Shown piece after piece: positions 58,714 to 64,000 of a DNA stretch of 64,000 nucleotides. A model generated the notes under the pieces. That model had not been told where the DNA came from. It was given only the letters and a program-made list of their open reading frames with translations, and made no database searches. The DNA lies in assembly GCF_000143415.4 (NCBI RefSeq), contig NW_003314282.1, positions 1,197,374 through 1,261,373 on the forward strand, given 5' to 3'. Numbering within the stretch: position 1 is the stretch's first letter; each line of letters opens with the position of its first letter. The position numbers and the translations under genes are program-made. The DNA is from Selaginella moellendorffii. Lineage: Eukaryota > Plantae > Lycopodiophyta.

Positions 58714-59929
58714 CTACATCAATATGGACAATAATAGTAAGTTTCCACATGAAAGCCAAATTTGTGTAATTGCCAATCTTTTCATATTTACTAAAAGTAT
58801 AATCACTATGGAATGAATTAAATTAAGTTTTTGAATTAGAGGTTGAACCAGATTAGTTTCTAAAACAATATAAAAGTAGGGTTTTGAGAACTTTGTATAA
58901 ATTCATCTTTTTTTCTATATTATTTCACTATAGTAATTTTGTTATCTCTCAATAACAAGTGTTTGATAATTTAAACACTCTAATATCAATGGCTTCTTTA
59001 GATTCTCTTCATCAACTCTAGTCAAAGGCATCTCAATACTTTAAATAAGTCATATAAAGCAGTAGAGCAATCTAATATAACATTTGCAACTCTAGCATAG
59101 TATTCAGCATTAACAATGGTTTCTTAATTTAAAGCTAAAGATTGGTCTACTAACAAAATTTGATAGCATATAGTTCAAGTTTCATGGCTTTCTCAACTAA
59201 ATTAGGCTTCAAAATTACCATGCAACTTGACCAATACTCTGACATTTTGTGTAGGCTTGATTAAATTTTTTTAACTTGATTCTTTACCCATTTTAAAAAA
59301 TTCTTTTTTGGCTCTTTGCCCTTTTTAAAAAGAGTGATCATGTTCTTTAGGATTTCAATCTATTTATTCAACACTTCACTAACATGTTCCACGATATTGA
59401 TTGAGAGTGCACTACCATCAATAAATTGTAGTAATTACACCCCAAATCCGCATCTACCTATATATTGGAGTTTAAATATTTTATAGGATAATATAGCTAT
59501 TAAAAAATATTTTAGTGCTTCTCTAGTGGTTATCAATTTCCTTTCAATTTTTATATAAGATCCTTCATTGATATGCTCAATTATATATATTTAATGTCAA
59601 AATGCAATTACATGTTATCAAAGCATGCCATAACACCTTAGCAATAGGGAATTTTGGTGTTTGTAAGACATTGAAATTGGTTCAACAACAATTTTAGTGG
59701 CCTTGTATACATGCATATGTTAAAACTTTGGTCTATACTTGCAATATATATCAATAGACCAAGATGCTATAACATATTCCATTTGGTATTCTCCAACCTT
59801 CCTCCTATTCTAGGGTCTTGTGTAAGGCTTTTTTTGCCTGTACTCATGTTTTTGCTATAAGTGGCTAATTTTTCCATTCTACTTTAGTCACTTAACCACA
59901 CCTAAGAATTTCATTCACAACTTCTATAA

Positions 59930-62900
59930 ATCAAATTCAGGACTTAGGGCTTGCTAGCCCCGAGAATGGCATCCATGCCACTCTACCTTTGCACTTGGTC
60001 CAAGTGCTCCACGTGTCCGATCCTATGACCGACACCTCAAGGTACCACTGACATATCGACCTATTACGCTAAAGCCATGCCCATTCACCTTGGTCACACC
60101 GGAGGTCCAACACCACATGCATCGCAGTCCCGTCTCTCAAAGATTGGGCTATCTGTCACTTTTTAGCATCTTTAAGATGCCCACAAATATGGGGAACAAC
60201 CTTCCCCAATATCCCTTTTACAATCTCCACCAAATCCCTTTTCTGTCCATGGCCGTGTTCGCCAACATTGCCACTGGGACAAGGCCCACAGGTCTGACCA
60301 CTAAGTCCCATTGTCCTCTAAAACTTCCTCACCACATGACCGTATCCTTAGTCACTACATCAAAGGACCACTCTTCCTTTCTATAGTCTAGGACTTTGGG
60401 ACAACATTTCTGAACACCATGGCTTTATGCAAGCCTCATGGGTACTCTCCCCACCTTCTGCCTTTGGGTGCTCTAGCCATGGGTTTAGAGCGAGGTTCTG
60501 TTCAGCCATAGTAAATATCTAAGTAGGTAGTGCCACCCATGCTTGGACTAAGAGCATTAACCATTCGATCTCCTAGGGGAACTAGAGCCGGCTCTTGAAC
60601 ACTTCACGAAGTTACCCTGTTTGTCAGTCTGTATTCACTCTAGCCTTGGACTTCCCAGTGGTTATTTCATCACCCAGCAACTGAGTATGGCATTCTTGGG
60701 CCAAACTGGCTCTATTGGGCTCTAACCCCCACACTCTCCCTACTATACTTTTGGAACCCCTTACAACGCCCCCCCCCCTCCCCCCCCCCTCCTCGGCGGA
60801 CAATCACTTTGGGCTTTCACCTAACAGTCTGTATTAGTATTCGGACTCAGACTCACACTTGGTCTTTGTCTTGAACTCGGTTTCGGTCTTGAACTCGGAC
60901 TCGGTCTCGATCTCGGTTTCGGTCTCGGTTCCATCTTGGACTCCATCTCAAGTCCATCTCGGACTCCATCTTGGGTCCATTTCGGACTCCATCTTGGGTC
61001 CATTTCGGACTCCATCTCGGGTTCATCTTGGACTCCATCTCAGACTCTATCTCAGACTCCACCTCGGGTCTATCTCGGACACTTCCACGTTTCATGTGTT
61101 AGTCCTCTTATGTCTCTTTTCTAGAGACTCACTTATTGCTCGCTTCGTGTTTATTCCTTAAGCACTTTGTTGGGAGTTCCACTCCTGCTCTCGACTTTTC
61201 AAGTTGGAGCTTTTAGTCCAAACATGTTACGTTCGTTTGACTTTCGCTTTGGCCACTACCACGTGGCACCTTTTCGGCTCCACTTTGGGGCTTAGGGATT
61301 TGTGTCTCACACTTGCCTTTGCCTGCAAAATAGTGACAAATAAACAAAAACAAGAATTTAGGAGAAGAGAAGAAGATTGAGAAGAGAATAAAAGAGAATT
61401 CAACCTTAAACCCCAAAAGCGTGAGTAAAGATAAGTATATGTCACTCTTTCAATTCTACTTTGCACAAACAATCATTGACGAAAGAAAAGATGATTAATT
61501 CAATGCAAATGCATACAATAGTGAGTGGGGGTTGTTTTTCAGTATGTCTAAGTGCTACTTATATACTACATGATTTTATAATCATTTCTAACTACTTCTC
61601 ACCTAGGTCAAGTTTTTCTTTTTTAGATGCCTAAGCTGAAGCATAATTCCATTTCACTAAGGTTTCTTCTTTTGCTCTGCTTGGGATGATACACAAGATA
61701 AAACATTTACCTTTTTATCACTCCACGTGACAAAGCTACTATTTGTTCTCAGGCAGTCGGATGCTCCAAATCTTGCTCTAGGTTGCTAAGCTTGATCTTT
61801 ATAGTAACAAGCTCAACGTTTCAGTGTAGATCGTTAAGTTCTTAATGCATGATTTGATTCTCTTGGTCGAGTATAACGATGCATTAGTCTTAGCAGCTGA
61901 TGTGTTTTGCATCAGTGGATGTGGAAACTGAGATTGTGCTCTTGAGTTCTTAGATTATATGGCACTGATGATTTTGCTCACCTATGACTCCATCCACTTT
62001 TTTGGTGATTGTCTTGAGGTAGCTCAAGACCTATGCATGATATTTTGTTGTTTTTTTGTCTTCCACTGGCTATATTGGCTTGTCGACTAGCTACTTGCCT
62101 CCTCCCTTGATATGTTAAGTGAGCTCCTCCATAAAGCTTTAGGCTGCTAGCTTGCTAGACTGACTCACAGACTTATGCATAAAGGTGTGGCTACCCTTGA
62201 CCTTGTAGTGCTACTGCAGCATCTACTACTACTATGGCTGCCTCATCTTGTTAGACTTGTCAGTCGAGGGTGTGTTGCTGTTGGATGCGTAGGTGGACTA
62301 GAGAAAACTTAGCTCGTACTCTTCCAGTTCACCTAGACCCTTTTTTGTAACCTTGTCCCATTGAGTTTCTTGGCCATGATCTTCTTGGCCTAAACTCACT
62401 TCATTAGCTATATCTACAGCTAATGGTTTTGCAACATCTATAAGCACATCATATGTTGGACTTTATGGCCTAAGTTTTGGAATTTCTTCCACAACTTTGG
62501 CATCCATTGTTTGCCTAATATTGTATGTTTGTATACTCATCACTTCTCTGATGCTTGGAGAGATTTGTGTCGGCATCAGAGTTGTTTCTATAGACATAGA
62601 TGAGTCACAACTTTATTCCTAATCCGGGCATAATGTTTTATCATTGTACTTGTTGCATCTAACTTTTCTGTGGCATACTCGGCCATTGGATTTCTACAAA
62701 ACGAACTTTGGAGGTCTTGTAGCTTGATTTTTGGATCTAGGTGGAGTTTCTTTTTTAGGGGAGAATTTTCCTTGCTTGAATCCATGTTATCGGAATTTTT
62801 CTCCACATCCACATCGAAGGAGATACTGGAGGTGGTGGCTCAATGGTAAGATGAGGTGTGGAAATCTCCTAAGTAGTGTAATACTCGTAGATGCACCACA

Positions 62901-63750
62901 AAAAGATAAAAACTCCTGTCTTCACTTGCCTTCCCTTGCCCATTTGTAAAACAACATTTTTCATTTTAGCCACAAATCTATTATAGGCAAAATGAGCTAT
63001 GTTTATTTACCGTCTAGTCTCAATAACTTCCAATAGGTAAACTATCTTAATGCTAGCATTTTGTACAATTGTCCTCCCATCAATTATGGCACACAACACT
63101 TTAAGCCTAACATGATAGTCAAGCTTCAAGTAGGTGAGCCTCCTCATCCAAATGTGTATTTTGGGAGGACGTATTGATCGGGCATGTGATCCTTTTTGCT
63201 CATCTTGATTATTTCACCTTTGTTGTCTAAATGAAAAATTTAAACAAACTAAGTGAGTCTAAAGGGATGAACTCAATTGCAGAAAAGAAAAACATGCTCC
63301 ATTGGGTCCCACTTTTGCATGAGCTCGATCCCTTGCTCGATCAATATTTCTCCTTTAAGCAGCTCTGCATAGGCAAGTAACCCAAAAACATTAAGCCAAA
63401 ACTTATTATAAGGAGAAAGTATAAGCTTTTTAGACAATTTTACTTGGCCATAATCAAGCTCCTCATCGTTGGATGAGATTTCCTCCACATGCTCGTCTTG
63501 CTTAGGCATTTTTGTTGTTTGTGAAGATTTGTAGACAAAACACTTGGGATTAGGCAACTAAGAGATATAGTGCGGTGCCAATGGAGGTGCCCAAAGAAGA
63601 TTTTACGTCTATAGTGCTCCAAGAGTGAAGTTGACGGCTTCTGGCAATGGCGTAAGGACAAGATCACTTTGCTCAATTGAGGATGTGTTTGATCTAGTAG
63701 GCGGTGGTGATGGCGTTTGCTCTTGCACGGCTCTAGGTGGCATTTAAGCT
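59930..63750 (-). mobile_element. Probable decayed transposon/retroelement remnants
   Basis: Short broken minus-strand ORFs, purine tract followed by TGTAAG (minus strand, 60765), minisatellite; no diagnostic intact domain. Confidence 0.3.
60840..61083. repeat. Compound minisatellite (6-mer CTCGG(T/A) grading into 11/12-mer and 23-mer units)
   Basis: CTCGGTTTCGGTCTCGGT then (TCGGACTCCATCTTGGGTCCATT)x2 and variants. Confidence 0.85.
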
Positions 63751-64000
63751 AAGTTTAGAGTGTTAGCACATTTTAGCAGAGGTGTAAGTGTTGAGTGAGT
63801 GAGAGGGAAAGAATGAGAGAAAAAAAGAAGCATTTTAATTGCCTCTAAATTACCTAAGTCACTCTACCTTACTACGTTAGCCCTAAGCTTTGTCCTTTTG
63901 CCTAGTTTGCTTTTGTATGCAAAATATTGTGGAATTGTTTTCCTTGTTAGCCTAATAATCTCTGCTTATTAATCCTCATAGTATTGATAGAGTTTATAAA

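Noticed and set aside
60821-61161. Repetitive-peptide ORFs on both strands
   Set aside because: Translations of the minisatellite

Overview
Eukaryotic land-plant genomic DNA. Gene-dense organisation, very short GT-AG introns (about 48-70 bp) and GC-rich intronless genes suggest a lycophyte such as Selaginella (inference, not verified). 1-3 kb: 3' part of a multi-exon RD receptor-like kinase and a decayed kinase remnant. 3.7-35 kb: a tandemly duplicated, rearranged block [LPR1/CotA-type multicopper oxidase(-) <> intronless G-type-lectin (S-domain) non-RD receptor kinase(+) >< PLP-dependent L-cysteine desulfhydrase-like gene(-) < UTP14(-)]. It yields 4 RLK copies (3 open, 1 pseudogene), 1 intact and 1 fragment oxidase, 1 intact and 2 broken desulfhydrases, and 1 intact and 1 fragment UTP14. 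A decayed Ty3/gypsy element with a dUTPase-like domain sits in the oxidase/RLK divergent promoter of the second copy. 35-44 kb: REV3 (DNA polymerase zeta), an hnRNP F/H-like qRRM gene and a bZIP gene. 45-53 kb: minisatellite, AT-rich fold-back DNA, and a COPT copper-transporter gene plus pseudogene with an inverted repeat around the intact copy. 53.7-58.7 kb: a full-length 5.0-kb Ty3/gypsy element (174-bp LTRs, 4-bp TSD, tRNA-Ala-like PBS). 59-64 kb: decayed repeats. Best signals: both retroelements carry a slippery heptamer plus H-type pseudoknot (-1 ribosomal frameshift cassette) at the gag-pol junction, and the older one has a dUTPase-like domain between protease and RT. All alignments and base pairings were done by eye.
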